The notes beneath the pieces were generated by a model. It was not told the origin of the DNA and searched no databases. It worked only from the letters and a program-made list of their open reading frames with translations. Of a DNA stretch of 64,000 nt, positions 13,401-26,317 are shown piece by piece. This stretch comes from Octopus vulgaris (Eukaryota), in assembly GCA_951406725.2 (NCBI GenBank), contig OX597832.1:2356001-2420000 (forward strand), given 5' to 3'. Numbering within the stretch: position 1 is the first letter of the stretch; the number at the start of each line of letters is the position of its first letter. Made by a program: the position numbers and the translations under genes.

Positions 13401-16400
13401 CAAAGTCTGGGTCAATCCTCCAAATGCACACTACACATCTCAGTGGGGAAAATTCAATGGCTGTGAATTTTTGAAACAACTGGTCTGTGGATGGAATGTC
13501 ACGTCAGGTCTTGGGTGTTCACAAGACCATCAAGTTGTCAGATAACAAAGGAGGTAGAGAGGGTGCAAGCAGTGCTCCATCTCTAAGGTGGTCACAGCAA
13601 AGGAGATATCTGTCCAGGTAGATGGCGGATTTTGACATGGTGTGAAGTGAGAGAGTGATCTTTGAGATCAGGGAGGGCATGTGGGGTTGGGAGGGGCCTT
13701 GATGGAAGTGTAGTGTCAATGACAATGCACAAATTGCAGAAGAGCCTTGCCAGAAGGACACGAGCAAGGGAAGTCATGTGAGCAGAAGGATGACTAGCGT
13801 GGGCCACTTGCTTTGGGGCTGTCATTTGGGATGGACATGGTGGCCACATGAGTTCAACGAATATTGCTGCTAGGTTTTGGTCAGAGGTTTAGCAAGAAGG
13901 CCTCTCATGGATATATCCCATGTGGAAAGGATTGATGTTACAGAACCTGCAAGGTAAGTGAGCTATGCTTTTTTCCCTTCCTACAGTTTTGTTAAAAATG
14001 TTCCAGCTATTCAGAAAGAATTCATTTAAAATATCAGATATTTACACTTAAGATGGAGTGTGTAAGCAAGACATAGTCCCCTCTATCCCCATGACTCATC
14101 ATCAAGAGCAGTAACTCTGAATAAACTGGCGTGAACTGTGATAATCCTTCTGACTTATGGAAATATAAATGTAAACACAGTGATGACAAGTGGAATTATA
14201 ATATTTACAAAATATTATTTTTAATGTTATATAGTTTCAAGGTTGGTAACATTTGGAGAATTCAATTCCTTTTTCTACATTTGCACAGAAGAAATAAATA
14301 AATATTTGACTCTAAAACAGAAAACCAATTGGTTACACTTTAGTTCACTATAACTCAAATTGATTTATATTGAATTTCTTTTAGATTTAGAGTTGATTAA
14401 ACAAACCAGTAATGTAAGCTCTCAAATATAAACCAGAAGTACAAACTATGTTGAACTTGGCACTGGAATGGAAACACTTCTTAATAATACAATACATCCC
14501 ATAGTAAGCTGTACTAAGCATGATAAATATTATATCTAAGTGAATTGAAAGAGTGGGAGTTAGAATAGTTTTGTCATATACAAAATAATGCTAGTAGGAT
14601 AGAAACTATCAACCCTCCAGTCTATCATCTTCAACAGCTGTGACTCAATCAATGGAGTCTAGGTGTACTTAGTGTTTCTTGTACAAAACATTCTATCATT
14701 TAGTAAGAGCTAGAGCACTGGATGCCAAGACAACTTAATATTTCAAATACCTGCACAGACTTCTAAATAAGTTTTATTGAAACAGTTTTCTATAGTTTCA
14801 AATAATTAAGAGATATCTTGAAATTTACCAGTTCCAGGGAAAAAATAATTTCCATATCTGTGAAATGATACAGTCATCACACGATCTGTAAGATAAAAAG
14901 CTTCTTGAACTCCATCTCCATGGTGAATATCAATATCAATATATAAAACTCTTGGATGATACCTATCAAAGAAAAAGAATGACAGTTCTTTAATAGAATA
15001 TATTTATACTAGCAGTATCGCCCGGCGTTGCTCGGGTTGTAAGGGAAATAACTATATAAGCATTTTTAGAGAGTTATAGCCAAAAAATAGCAAAAAAATG
15101 CATTAAAAATTGAAAAAAAATTAAGGTAAATTTTTTTTTTAAATCGTTGACACATCGTAGATATTTTTAGAGAGTTACTTCCCTTATATAAAAGCGAAAA
15201 AAATGCATTAAAATGGAAAAATATGATGGTAAATTTTTTTTAAATCGTAGACTCATCGTAGACGCACGCTAATACCCAGAAGGGCTCGATATGAATCACG
15301 ACTATAAGATACCCGCTTTTGGTTAAACTGCACCGCAAAATGTGGGAGTAGTTACGAATCTAAATCGTAGGAGACAGACACACAACTTCACTCTTATATA
15401 AAGATGCTTTTTTTTTTTCAGTCATAGAGTTAGATTTATGAAGGTCTTCAGTAGAAAATCCTTTGAATTCTGACTCGCTGCTTGATATAATGAAATTCGT
15501 ATCCATTTTTTGTCAGAATTACAAATTTTGAAAACACAATAGGAACAAATTTCGGAAAAAAATCTCCCATAATTCACGGAATTAAAATTACACTTCGATT
15601 TTTGTACAAAAAAGTGTTTACGAAGTATAATACGTGTTTTCACGAATGTACTAAAGAGATTTACTCTGATATTCTCATTTAAATATGAATAGGTAAATTC
15701 GGGTGGTTTGGTAACGAAAGGGTTTATATAAGTGTCGTCTGTTTATACATAAACACTGTTTCATACTTTCAGTTTAGTCTTCCTCAAATCACTCTGTCGC
15801 TATTTACTCTCTTCCAAGAACATTTTCACTCACTCTTATCTGTTAGCTTGCCATACATTTTACTCATGTATCTATCAGCGTGATAGACAGAAACAAATAT
15901 TACATCTAGTTTCACTTTATTCGTTGGACACTGTGTGTGTGCGTTTGCGTGTGCTGTAAACCAGACTAAGAAAAGCATTTGACATACACACCAGAATGTG
16001 AGTTTTCTGTAAATTTTGCTTAATTGGAGTTTAAATTTTAAAAACTGGACTTGGCAAAACCCGATGCATTCTACTCTTAAAAATGCTAGGTAAATTGTAA
16101 TTGAAGAAATCCTATATTGTAGATTTCTATAACTGACAAAGGGAGGCAGATAAAATCTGCCTTTTATAATAAGAGATATAAATATATTTCATAAGTTTAC
16201 TTCAATCAAACAGATTCCCCAGCACCAAGTTATTCCTACCCTGCAGTACTTATTTACGGGTAAGTGCACTGAGTAAAGTGCAGCAACAATGCAGTTCCAA
16301 TGACAAAATATGTACTCCAATCACTTAACTGTTTATCTAGTATTCTTTGAACTTAGCCACTCAATAGAGTTAATTAACAACCAAGTGCAAGAATTAAAAT

Positions 16401-19400
16401 GCAGAAACTGAGTTCCAAGCAAGTCAATTCTAGACTTTAGTTATTTCACTTATATTGGAAAAGGTGTGAATGAAACAATTCCTATTTCTCCTTCTCTAGT
16501 AAAAACTTTCATGTCTAACAGCAGATAGCAATGGGAAGTTACTTTATTGTACTTTCTAAGACACTGTAAAATATTGTTAAACAAGCTATGTCTGGGATCA
16601 GATATGTTTTAAGATAAAGGTATGTACACCATCACACATATGATGTAGATCATTGTAAATCAAATATAGACAGTATTACATATAGTAAGAAAGGCTGGTC
16701 CGTTATTCTAAACTTGACAATGGATTTCTCAGCATAGGCAGTCACTAAAACACTGACTTCCTATTTACAACTTGAAGTTATTAAAATATCACCATCTATA
16801 ATTTCTTCACTGAATTTTTATTTCATTTTATACCCATTTTCCCATCACATTTTGAATATAAAAATCTTTACATATTACTATAATATTTCTGTTACAACAA
16901 GTAGTGTTTCTCGATAAAAATCATTGAAATGTGAGTTGCATTAATGTGAACAGCTCTGTCAATTGTCTAGCAACTTAATCTGATAATTGTACCCCAACTA
17001 GTATCATCTTAATAGCATATTAATTTAATATTTATTTTAAGAAAACAGATCAGCAATACCAAGAATCAATATAAATTTTTTAATGAAACAAATTACTAAA
17101 TGGCAGAAAATAAAGTAAAATTAAATTAAGACCACACTTACTTTAGCAATTCCAGAATGGAGATCACTATATCATTTACATAGCAAAACCCTGAAGCCTA
17201 AAAGAAAATATACAGAATTATAATTCCAAATGTAACAAAGAAATCTGAATGTGATTTTAGCCAAGTTAAATTTAAAATTTTGAAAAATAATTTATTTATT
17301 CAATTAATCAATGAAGAAAATTTATATTTCATTTTGAAATTTTAATATCAATAAGAGATGTGAAGGCAGCGAGATGGCAGGCTTGCTAGCAGGCCAAGCA
17401 AAATGCTTAGTGGCATCTTGTCCATCTCTATGTTCTTAGTTCAAATTCTGCCAAAGTCAACTTTGCTTTCGTTCTTTCATGGTCAATAAAATAAGTACTG
17501 GTTGAACACTGGGATTCATGTAATCGACTTACCCCATCCCCTGAAAGTGCTGGCCTTGTGCCAAAATATGAAACCAATATCAATAATAGATGTAAAACTT
17601 TGGAAACATTTCTAATCTTCTATATGCTGTCTGATAATTTTAGCATTTCAACAACAATAGAAGAATAACGTTTTCTCCACTGGTCAAGTTCAGTAAAATG
17701 CTTCATTTAATTTTCCCAGTTATTAATCACTTTCCTTCATTATTCATTAATCTATTAATAGCATTATATTACTATAGCTCCTACAATTTCCAATCAATAA
17801 GTCCACTGATCTTGTTACTATCACTGAAGCATCACACTTCCACACACTATACTTTTTGCCTCCAATATGTCAACACCATTTCTTCAATTCAATTAATCAG
17901 AAGAAAAACAAGGCAAATTCTCTAAACACATTAATATCAACTTTTGGTAATCTTATTATTTTTCTGAACAAAAAGGAAATATGCTTTTACCTCAAATTTT
18001 TTAGCATGGTGTAAGCCTCCAGACCAATTTATAGCTATATCACAGTGCTATAAAACAAAATTTACAATACAAAACTTGAACAAATACAAGTTACAATTAA
18101 CAGAACATACACACACACACAGACTTATTATATAAAAAGTTGTGGCCACAAGTTGGGAACATAAGTTTGAAAATTAGAATTTTTATATAAAATGCGTAAA
18201 TATATCATTGTATATATTTGAATCAAACTGTACTTTACCATAACAATATTAATTTTTTTTAAATGTTCCAAACTTTTGGCCATGACTGTATGTGTGTGTG
18301 TATATAATAAAAGTAGAATAGTATTTGATATTTAAACAAATACAACAACCAAATAATGGATGAAAATTCAAGAATCATATTAATCTGGTTTTATGTATAG
18401 AATAATATAACTGCTTATATATAAAGTTTTACTTTTGATTAATTTTACAACATATTCCAGTTGATTGTTTTCATTCACTTGAATATGTAATCTTTATATT
18501 TTTATCTCTGCTGATCACATAAAATATGTACGAAATTTACAGTATTTACTTCACATTAATCATATGTACAATGTACCTCAGTAAACAGTTGACTGTTGTC
18601 TTTTCTTTACCACTTCTATCAAAGATTCCGCATTCTGAGAAATTCACAGCTACCTGTCTCCATTAAAATGTTTTTGAATAAACACACTGTACCAGTTAAT
18701 ATACTTCTCACAAGCCAATACTTTATATTAAATCAGAATGTGAGAACATTCATCAAATATGTTAATTTGTATATCACCTATACCAGACTAAGTAGCTTAA
18801 AAGTTCTCTAACTTCCAATATTGTATAAGAAGATAATGGCCTATGCTCCAACTTCTTTTTTCTTTCTTTCACTCTAACTAATTAAAAAGTGAATAAAGAT
18901 AAAACAAAAATGAACTTGCATGATAACAAAGAGTAGAAACTTACATTGTTGTTTAATTTAACTGCAGCTTCTAATGATGCTCCAGTGTACATTGAACAAA
19001 AATCAAATAACCCATCAAATACAGGACTGCAAAAGAAATGGAAATATTGTTTTTAATAGCTGAGGCATTTCAATAGGTTCTAATATATTACAACACTAAT
19101 AAATAAAGCTAACAAGCTTACCAATCATCCCCCACATTATATGCACTGAGACTTTTAGTATAATTTTGTACTGTCTGTGGAGTAACACTCTGTAAAAAAT
19201 TGATGTATTCTTCAGAATGAAACCGACACATATCATGGGCTGATGCTCGATAAGGACGATAGACCTGCATGTGAAATATAAAAATGACGTTACACAGTTC
19301 TTTAGATGGATTACTTTAAAAAGATTTTTACCATGCATATAACAATATATCTTTAAAATCTGTTGACCATGCTCGTGGATACAAGTTGTGTTATTTGTAT

Positions 19401-22400
19401 GCTCATGGATACAAGTTTTCCTAGCTGTTCTATGTGTTCTGTGTTCAAACCCTATGGAGATTAATTTTACCAGAGGTAAAGTTGATCTCAGCACAGATAA
19501 GTAAGTACACATAGAGTGAAGCAATTACTGCAAGTGAAATAGCTAACAAGTGAAAGAGGGAAATATAAAGCTACTTTCAAAAACATGACATATATAAACA
19601 AAACACCAAAGATAGAAACAGTTTCTCAGATCTAACCATTGTAAAAAAAAAGAGAGAGAGAGAGAGGTAGTTAGTAGTAAGAGAAAGAGACAACTGACAA
19701 GAAAGAGAAAGAAAAAGAAAGATGGAATACTGAGGAGATGAGATGAAGTGCCAATGGTTGATGATGCCAATTTTTCATCAAAACATTAAAGGAAATAAAC
19801 AAATGAATAGGAGAAAAATTGTTGAAAAGTTGTTAAATATACTGGAAATAAATAAGGTCAAGTACATTAAAGAAGAAATTAAATAAACAAATGTGAGTTG
19901 GGAAGTAATTATAAAACTTTAAAAAGAAAGGGAAACAAATCAAATTCAATATATTTTTGCAAAAATACTAAAATTGATATGTCTTGGACAGGAGTGGAAA
20001 GGCAACTAGTGAACTCCAGCTTAATCAGAAAGACTTTCATTACAGTGTCATCAATGCACTGCAGGTGTACAATACATGACAACAAGGAATAATCATATCA
20101 TAGCGCTAAGAGTTGAAGTAAAACAACTACATTAATAATACAAGGAAAATTTACCTAAATGGCAAATAAAATACACTGCAGAGAAATATATTGAAGAAAA
20201 TTCATAATTTTATTTAATTAAAAAAACGTCATAATTTTATTTTAAAAATCAGTTTACTTTTTGAAACATACCTTCATTTTTTTATAAAGTCCATAATGAA
20301 GAACTAAGCAATGTGTCAAGGCTATTCTATGTGGTTTCATTGGATGACTGGGGCCTAGGAAAACAATGTACAGTTTACATGTTAATATTTTAACTGGATT
20401 CACAGAATCATTTGAATGTCATACAAAATTACTTGCAAAGCACAGACACACACATTTAAATGAGAACACACAAATAATTATGTATCCATCCATTGACATC
20501 AAAGTACAAACATATAAACACATATAAATATACATACACATAACTATACAAACCTATAGACATACATTTACACACACACATCATTCAACTACTACCATAG
20601 TTGAATAATATTCTTATGGCCACAATTTACTCACACACAGCATCTTTCAGAGTTTGTCACTAATTCAGTTCTCAATCGAATTGAAAACTGTTAACATTTT
20701 TGAAGAGGACTAGTCCCTAGCTACATTTTGGCATAAAAAAATTGAGATTTGGTCCAGTAGGAAAAAGTTTACATCAAAATTTGTAACAATGTTATAGGAG
20801 AGTAGTACCAATCAAGTTTAGATCTAAATAACATCGTTTATTTTAAAAGTAAATATATTTATCTTAGTTTCAATGATAAAAGAAAGCATGAAGAATTTCA
20901 TACTTTTGGCCCCATGCAACAAAAATTTATATAAAAAAAAGTTGTGAGGTAAAAATATAAGTAAGGCAAAAAAATTGGATTTAAGTATAATTAACTTTTT
21001 CATTTTAAAAACAAACTATATTTTAATTAAGCTTAAATGATAGAGCTCAATTCAAGGAATTTCATGGTATCAATCTCATGCAATGAAGTTTTAAGAGAAA
21101 AAAACTATGAGTGTTTGTTTCTCAAACTTGAGGGTGATAATATAGTTCTATACTTTTTAATGAATATAGTTCTATTAGGGACTTTTAATATATGTAACCA
21201 GCATCATTGAGGTGAGGAAAAAAATAATCAATGACACCGCTAATTGACACATCTATCTATACTATAATGAAGAAAGCAGCTTATTAATTAGGTATGTAAC
21301 AATTACTAAAGGTACTAAAAGAAAGCAATTAATAAAGGGTTGACAGTCCTAGAAATATTTTTATAAATTCATGTTCTAAGAAATTTCCTATAATTTCAAT
21401 TTCTCAAGTTTATTGAATTTTTTTAACTCCAATTTCTCACATATTAAAATATTCATTGCATTCACTGCGTCCAGTTCTTCACAAATTTAAATATTCCCTG
21501 CATTCACTGCAGAGTATTCCATTTTTATTTGCAAAGTCTCACTTCCTCTTTTAATGTTACATTTCAAGTTTTAATTCACTATTTGGAAAACCAACAGTTT
21601 ATTCTATTAATGTATACGTAGTGCAAAAACATTATTTATTGAATGAAAACTTTTTAAAATACCCGTATATTTTTTGTAAAAAAAACTTAAGTAATTTTGT
21701 TGTTATGGTTGTTTGGAATGATATAAGCCTTACAATAATAACTATCTGGACCGATTTTGGCCATTTTCCTTTTTAACTTAAAAACCATGGGAGGAGCCTT
21801 TTCAGTAATAAAAAAAAAAACACAAAACAAAACAAATTGTAAATATTTTCAGAAGAAAAGGTAAACAATTCAAGGGAAATTTCGCTGTTGTTTCTAGCAC
21901 AACCCAAACCACCCTCTCTTTTCACTCTCACATGTATTGATGTTTTTTCAATGTTTTTCTCCCATTAAACACATTTTATGGAATGATGATGCTGGAGTAA
22001 CACACGTGTGGTCCAGTGGTGGAAGAGAAACAACAAAATAAATCGTAATCTTGATTTTTACCCCCACCATTGCTTTGAAATCGTGACTTGTTCACTGACA
22101 AAACTTCGTACTGCATCACTTTGGTGAAGTTTTGTCAGTAAACAGGTCAAGGTTTCAAAGTGATGTAAATATTTTGACACAAATGAAATTTTAATGTTTT
22201 ACTAATAGTTTTTGTGTGATCTTGAATAACTTACAAACATCTTCCATGCGGCAACTGTTTTTCTTTCAGCACACGATCTCAGATCAAGTCACTTGCTATG
22301 CAAGTACATCTCTGTAATTTTTTTAAATCACTGTGGATAAACGCCAGCAATGACCCTCTCAGGCTCTCCAATATTTTAATTTCTAAACAGAAACAATTGG

Positions 22401-25400
22401 GGGCAGGGAGTGGGGTTGCCAAAAATTCATAATTTCTCAAGTTTTCTTTTTTATAGCATATAAATGTATTTATGGGCAAAAAATATTGGAAAACATCAAT
22501 ACATGTGACAGTGATAAAGAAATGAGGAGGGTTGTCTTTGGATGTGCAAGAAGCAACAGCCAAATCGCCCTTAAATCACTCACTTTCTGAAAATATTTTT
22601 TTTTTTTACCAAAAGTGCTCTTCCCATGGTTTCAGAGTGCGAAAAAAAAATTGGCCAAAGTAGGTCCAGAGTGGGATGATGAGAGAAGTGGATTGTGAAA
22701 GAAAAGTCAGAAAACAACACAGCTCCCATGACTTTCGGAAACATTTTTTCATGCTCAGAGTTGCTGAAGCATGGAATAAACTGCCTGCGTCAGTTGTTGA
22801 CTGCCATGACACTGCATCCTTTAAGGCCCTCATGCTTTCCGAAATCCGCCGAAACTACACCTGATTATATATACACTTTAGATGAGTTGTAGTGCACCTG
22901 AGCACTGTACACAATTATTATTATTATTATAAAAAAAGAGTTTTCAAAACTTTTTTCATACAAAGATGCACTTGGAAAAGTTCAGGACAAGTTATTACAT
23001 CTGGTCAAGTACAGAACAAGAAAAGTTTTACTTAAAATATTGCAGCTAAGGATAAAATTTGAATATTAAAATTTATTTGATTTTAATTTACAAAGTTACA
23101 TTATGATTAAAAAAAAAAAATGTACCAACATTTTGTTAAAATATTGACACACTAGAATACTTACAAAAAATGAGAGTCAGAAGTACCAATATAGCTAAAG
23201 TTTTGTGCAAAGTAGAATAGTATGTATGGTAGGCAAATTCATTATGTAAAAAATAGGCATTGGGTCAAGACTAAAAATTTGAAGACTTTAGGCAGTAACT
23301 TAAGCAAATTTTACTGTGAATTTGTTGTTATAGGTAGATTTTACTGTAATATATAACTAATTTTTGTACTATTCTATTTAATGTACTAATTATGCACTAC
23401 TATTATTTTTTATAACCTATTTTCAAATTTCTAATTACTAATTAATAATTAAAAGAATGAATTTTTTTGAAGTGCAAAAAATAGTTATTTTTAATTTTTA
23501 ACAGGCATTTGCCATATCCTGAACGCCTTACTTCCCTGGGCATGGACACATTGAAACTCCGACGTCTGGCAGCTGACCTGGCAGACACCCATAAAATTAT
23601 CAACCATCGCACAAACAATAACACTGAGCACCTCTTCAAACTCCACCCATCTAACACCCGTGGACATATTTACAAAGTAAGAAAACAGCACAGCTCCCAT
23701 GACTTCAGGAAACATCTTTTTCACGCTGAGAGTTGCTGAAGCGTGGAACAAACTGCCGGCATCGGTTGTTAGTTGTCGGAGCACTGCATCCTTCAAGACT
23801 TCCATGCTTCCTGAGATTCGCCAACACTACACTTGATTTTCTCCCCTCCATACACACACAAGCATGTTCACTTTCCAGACATTTCTACATTACTGCATGT
23901 ACTTTATATGCACTTTCTGACAAGTTGTGGTGCACCTGAGCACTGTATACAATAATTTCATTATTATTATAACAAGTAATGACAAATAGAAGTAATAACT
24001 TGTAATAAAAATTTTAGTTTTAATAAAAGCTAATATTTTCTAAATCTAAATATTTTATTTGAAATTTTATCCTTAGCTGCAATATTTTAAGTAAAATTTT
24101 CTTGTTCTGTACTTTACCAGATGCAATAACTTGTCCTGAACTTTTCCAAGTGGAATAACTTGTCCTGTACTTTTCCAGTTTTTATATATATATGCATACA
24201 CACTCACACCTATACACATACACATTTACACAAATATATACATGTGCACCAATGCATATACATCATTGGCACTTGCAAATATTCAAAACACCTTCACCAT
24301 ACATTTCTTGCACATTTTTTCTTACAGCATTTGTTGCATTGTTGTCTTTTTTATACTCATAAAGCTTGACATGTCTGTGCTCTTCTCTGACCGCCATTTT
24401 CATGAGGGGCTCTTAAAGCAACAAATTATTAGTGTGTCTGCAAGCTAGAATCTATCTAACTGAAGCTTTCCTTGCTCTGTGGTATTTATGCACCTGTGAA
24501 AAAGTCTTGTTTAAATGTGTTAGAGCATATTTCAACAAGTACAGTCTGAAAAATGATATTACTTATGGGATGACCTGATCTTTTGAAGTATCTTACAAGT
24601 TCTATCCATTTCTTTCTGTTGAACACACAAATATAGTTTCTGTGTACAAAATTCAGTGGCAGGGCTATAGAAGACACTGACCCAAGAGCTTGTGCAGTGG
24701 GAGTGGATCTGAAACCACATGGTTGCAAAACAAAATTCTTAACTAATCACATAGTTGTACTAATTTATTCTCCCAGCATATGTTGTTTTAACATCCTGGA
24801 TTCACCTAAAATCATAATCACAACATATATTAAGCAATCTTGGTTATATGAATGCTTCTTGCGCAAATTAGCAACACAACTGAAATTCTAAAAGTTGGCA
24901 TAACTAAACCTCACAATTTTTCATGTTTCATTTATAATGTAAACAAGGCCACATCACTTGAAAATACTTCATACACTAACTAATCTTCACTCTACAGTAT
25001 TGGCTAATGCGTGTAGTAGAGTCAATCTTGACTCTACAATACATTGCGGCTAACATATATGGGGGTAGTGCTGCTGCTGCTGCTACAAACAAATGTTTTA
25101 AGCACTCACTGGCAACAGATTTTCGTCTGTATATTCTACCGCTACTACAATGACATCTGCTCCTCTTAACTAGCAAGCTTGTGTATCACCTACGTCCCAC
25201 CCCACCCTATATTCCTACCTCCTCTTCCTTCCCACATCCTTATTTTGTTTCTCTTTTCCCAAACTACACACTGAATACTTTTTACCCAGAAGTGTAAATA
25301 ATAGAATTCTATCTGCCCAGTTCTTTTCTTAAAGGAATCGGCTTCCATCATCTGTATATTCGTTACAAGCGTGTGAGGACTTGCAAAGGTCAGAGATGTT

Positions 25401-25636
25401 GCCCATCGAACAAACAGATAAAAAGGACAATAATGCACTTTATGTGGAATTAATATTTCTCAAGTGCAAATCAAAACACTACCAACATAAGTAGGTCTAA
25501 AATGTTGATACATGAAGTGGCACATTATATATTTTTCGTGCGTTAAATGTAAACACACATCATAAATGACCTAATGAACAGCCCTAACTTCACTCAAAAG
25601 GGAGTGTGTGCATGTGTAAATATGTGTGTGTATATA

Positions 25637-25684
<48 letters not shown>

Positions 25685-25794
25685 GAGAGAGAGAGAGAGA
25701 GATATGTATGTATACACATACACATTTATGTTTACATACATGTATGTGTGCGTCTATAGAATCATATTTAATAGTTAGAAGTTAGTAACAAACC

Positions 25795-25876
<82 letters not shown>

Positions 25877-26194
25877 CAACATCATTATTTCTTTACTGAT
25901 CGCAGAATAAATGATGAAGTGAACATCGGCTAGATTTGAACGTCAAACAATGAGGCATAGAATGTAAACGTCTACATGAAAGACTGGTCGCTACCCACTG
26001 CACCATAATAAGCATCGATATCATTTTATATCATTAAAAATTTAAAACGCAGCATTCTCTTACTTTAAAAAATCATATCTAATGGGAATATAACTACTAA
26101 CATGTTAATGCATACTAAATTTAAGATATTCCTTACCGTAATGAAAATTTCCAACATCAGGATCATAAAAATATGCAACAGTGGGATTCGCCAT
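7398..26194 (-). CDS. HDAC3: Histone deacetylase 3, spliced and 3'-incomplete: complement(join(7398..7471,11714..11794,14829..14962,17142..17197,17991..18047,18945..19026,19122..19264,20272..20354,26137..26194))
   Basis: Spliced translation [34 protein letters not shown]...[24 protein letters not shown]...[65 protein letters not shown]...[25 protein letters not shown] and GAESGRYY are HDAC3-specific versus HDAC1/2. All introns GT-AG with consistent phases. Confidence 0.97.
8391..11368 (-). mobile_element. RTE-clade LINE, decayed, with inverted 5' part: RT/3' end on minus (8391-9975), APE endonuclease on plus (9976-11368)
   Basis: Plus strand: [44 protein letters not shown]. Minus strand: [58 protein letters not shown]. 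Flanked by diverged direct repeats 8302-8390 and 11376-11474. Confidence 0.9.
11714..11794 (-). CDS. HDAC3: HDAC3 exon 8 ([27 protein letters not shown])
   Basis: CTTCAG/GTAAGT, 81 nt. Confidence 0.95.
11944..13985 (+). mobile_element. Gypsy-type LTR retrotransposon remnant, ~2 kb, retaining mainly the integrase region
   Basis: Diverged LTRs ~11944-12180 and 13680-13985 (TG...CA); purine tract AGGGAGGGCA before the 3' LTR; TSD GTTAT/GTTTT; HHCC integrase zinc finger [21 protein letters not shown]; core motifs [20 protein letters not shown]. Confidence 0.8.
14829..14962 (-). CDS. HDAC3: HDAC3 exon 7 ([44 protein letters not shown]; zinc-binding DxH)
   Basis: GATAG/GTAAAT, 134 nt. Confidence 0.96.
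15008..15405 (+). mobile_element. Helentron/HINE-like non-autonomous element
   Basis: Starts ACTAGCAGTATCGCCCGGCGTTGCTCGGG, has an internal ~110-bp tandem duplication, ends TTATATAAAGAT. Confidence 0.6.
15421..15722 (-). mobile_element. 5' fragment of the same piggyBac family as 3217-4306
   Basis: Reverse complement closely matches 3217-3570, including the TIR GGTAACGAAAGGG. Confidence 0.85.
15727..16177 (+). mobile_element. Helitron/Helentron-like 3' fragment
   Basis: Subterminal hairpin AGGCAGAT-AAA-ATCTGCCT (16144-16162) followed by TTTATAATAAGAGAT. Confidence 0.45.
17142..17197 (-). CDS. HDAC3: HDAC3 exon 6 ([19 protein letters not shown])
   Basis: TTTAG/GTAAGT, 56 nt. Confidence 0.95.
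17363..17577 (+). mobile_element. tRNA-derived SINE (Meta-domain-like central box)
   Basis: A/B-box-like head and central GCTTTCGTTCTTTCATGGTCAATAAAATAAGTAC; same family as 49388. Confidence 0.7.
17991..18047 (-). CDS. HDAC3: HDAC3 exon 5 ([19 protein letters not shown]; catalytic HH)
   Basis: TTTATAG/GTAAAA, 57 nt. Confidence 0.95.
18135..18290. mobile_element. Tc1-like MITE
   Basis: Imperfect TIRs GTGGCCACAAGTTGGGAACAT / ATGTTCCAAACTTTTGGCCATGACTG-TA. Confidence 0.55.
18945..19026 (-). CDS. HDAC3: HDAC3 exon 4 ([27 protein letters not shown])
   Basis: TTTGCAG/GTAAG, 82 nt. Confidence 0.95.
19122..19264 (-). CDS. HDAC3: HDAC3 exon 3 ([48 protein letters not shown])
   Basis: CAG/GTAAGC, 143 nt. 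Confidence 0.95.
20272..20354 (-). CDS. HDAC3: HDAC3 exon 2 ([28 protein letters not shown])
   Basis: TTCCTAG acceptor, GTATG donor, 83 nt. Confidence 0.95.
22703..22930 (+). mobile_element. CR1-type LINE 3' end with (TTA)n tail
   Basis: [22 protein letters not shown]-terminal motif. Confidence 0.8.
22969..24152. mobile_element. Non-autonomous DNA transposon with ~110-bp TIRs (CACTTGGAAAAGTTCAGGACAAG...)
   Basis: 22969-23075 is nearly the reverse complement of 24045-24152; no TSD recognised. Confidence 0.75.
23503..23970 (+). mobile_element. CR1-type LINE 3' end nested in the TIR element
   Basis: [22 protein letters not shown]...SNTRGH..K...[10 protein letters not shown]; (TTA)n tail. Confidence 0.85.
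25604..25875. repeat. Compound (TG)/(TA)/(GA) microsatellites in HDAC3 intron 1
   Basis: Directly visible. Confidence 0.9.
26137..26194 (-). CDS. HDAC3: HDAC3 coding exon 1 ([20 protein letters not shown])
   Basis: ATG at 26194 in AAAATGGCG context; donor GTAAGG; 58 nt. Confidence 0.95.
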
Positions 26195-26198
26195 TTTG
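26190..26198 (-). promoter_or_regulatory. YY1-type motif (CAAAATGGC) overlapping the HDAC3 start codon
   Basis: Plus strand GCCATTTTG; motif match only. Confidence 0.4.
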
Positions 26199-26317
26199 TT
26201 GTCTTTTCAGTAATAATTTTGTTTTCAAAACATGAAGAGTTCCGAGTGTTCGTCTCTGGCTTAGTTGTCAAAATTTAAGAAAAGTCTCTGATGTTAACAT
26301 GATTATAAATGTAATGT

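Noticed and set aside
19096-19524. 142-aa minus-strand ORF as a separate gene
   Set aside because: It overlaps HDAC3 exon 3 in a different frame and has no recognisable product.
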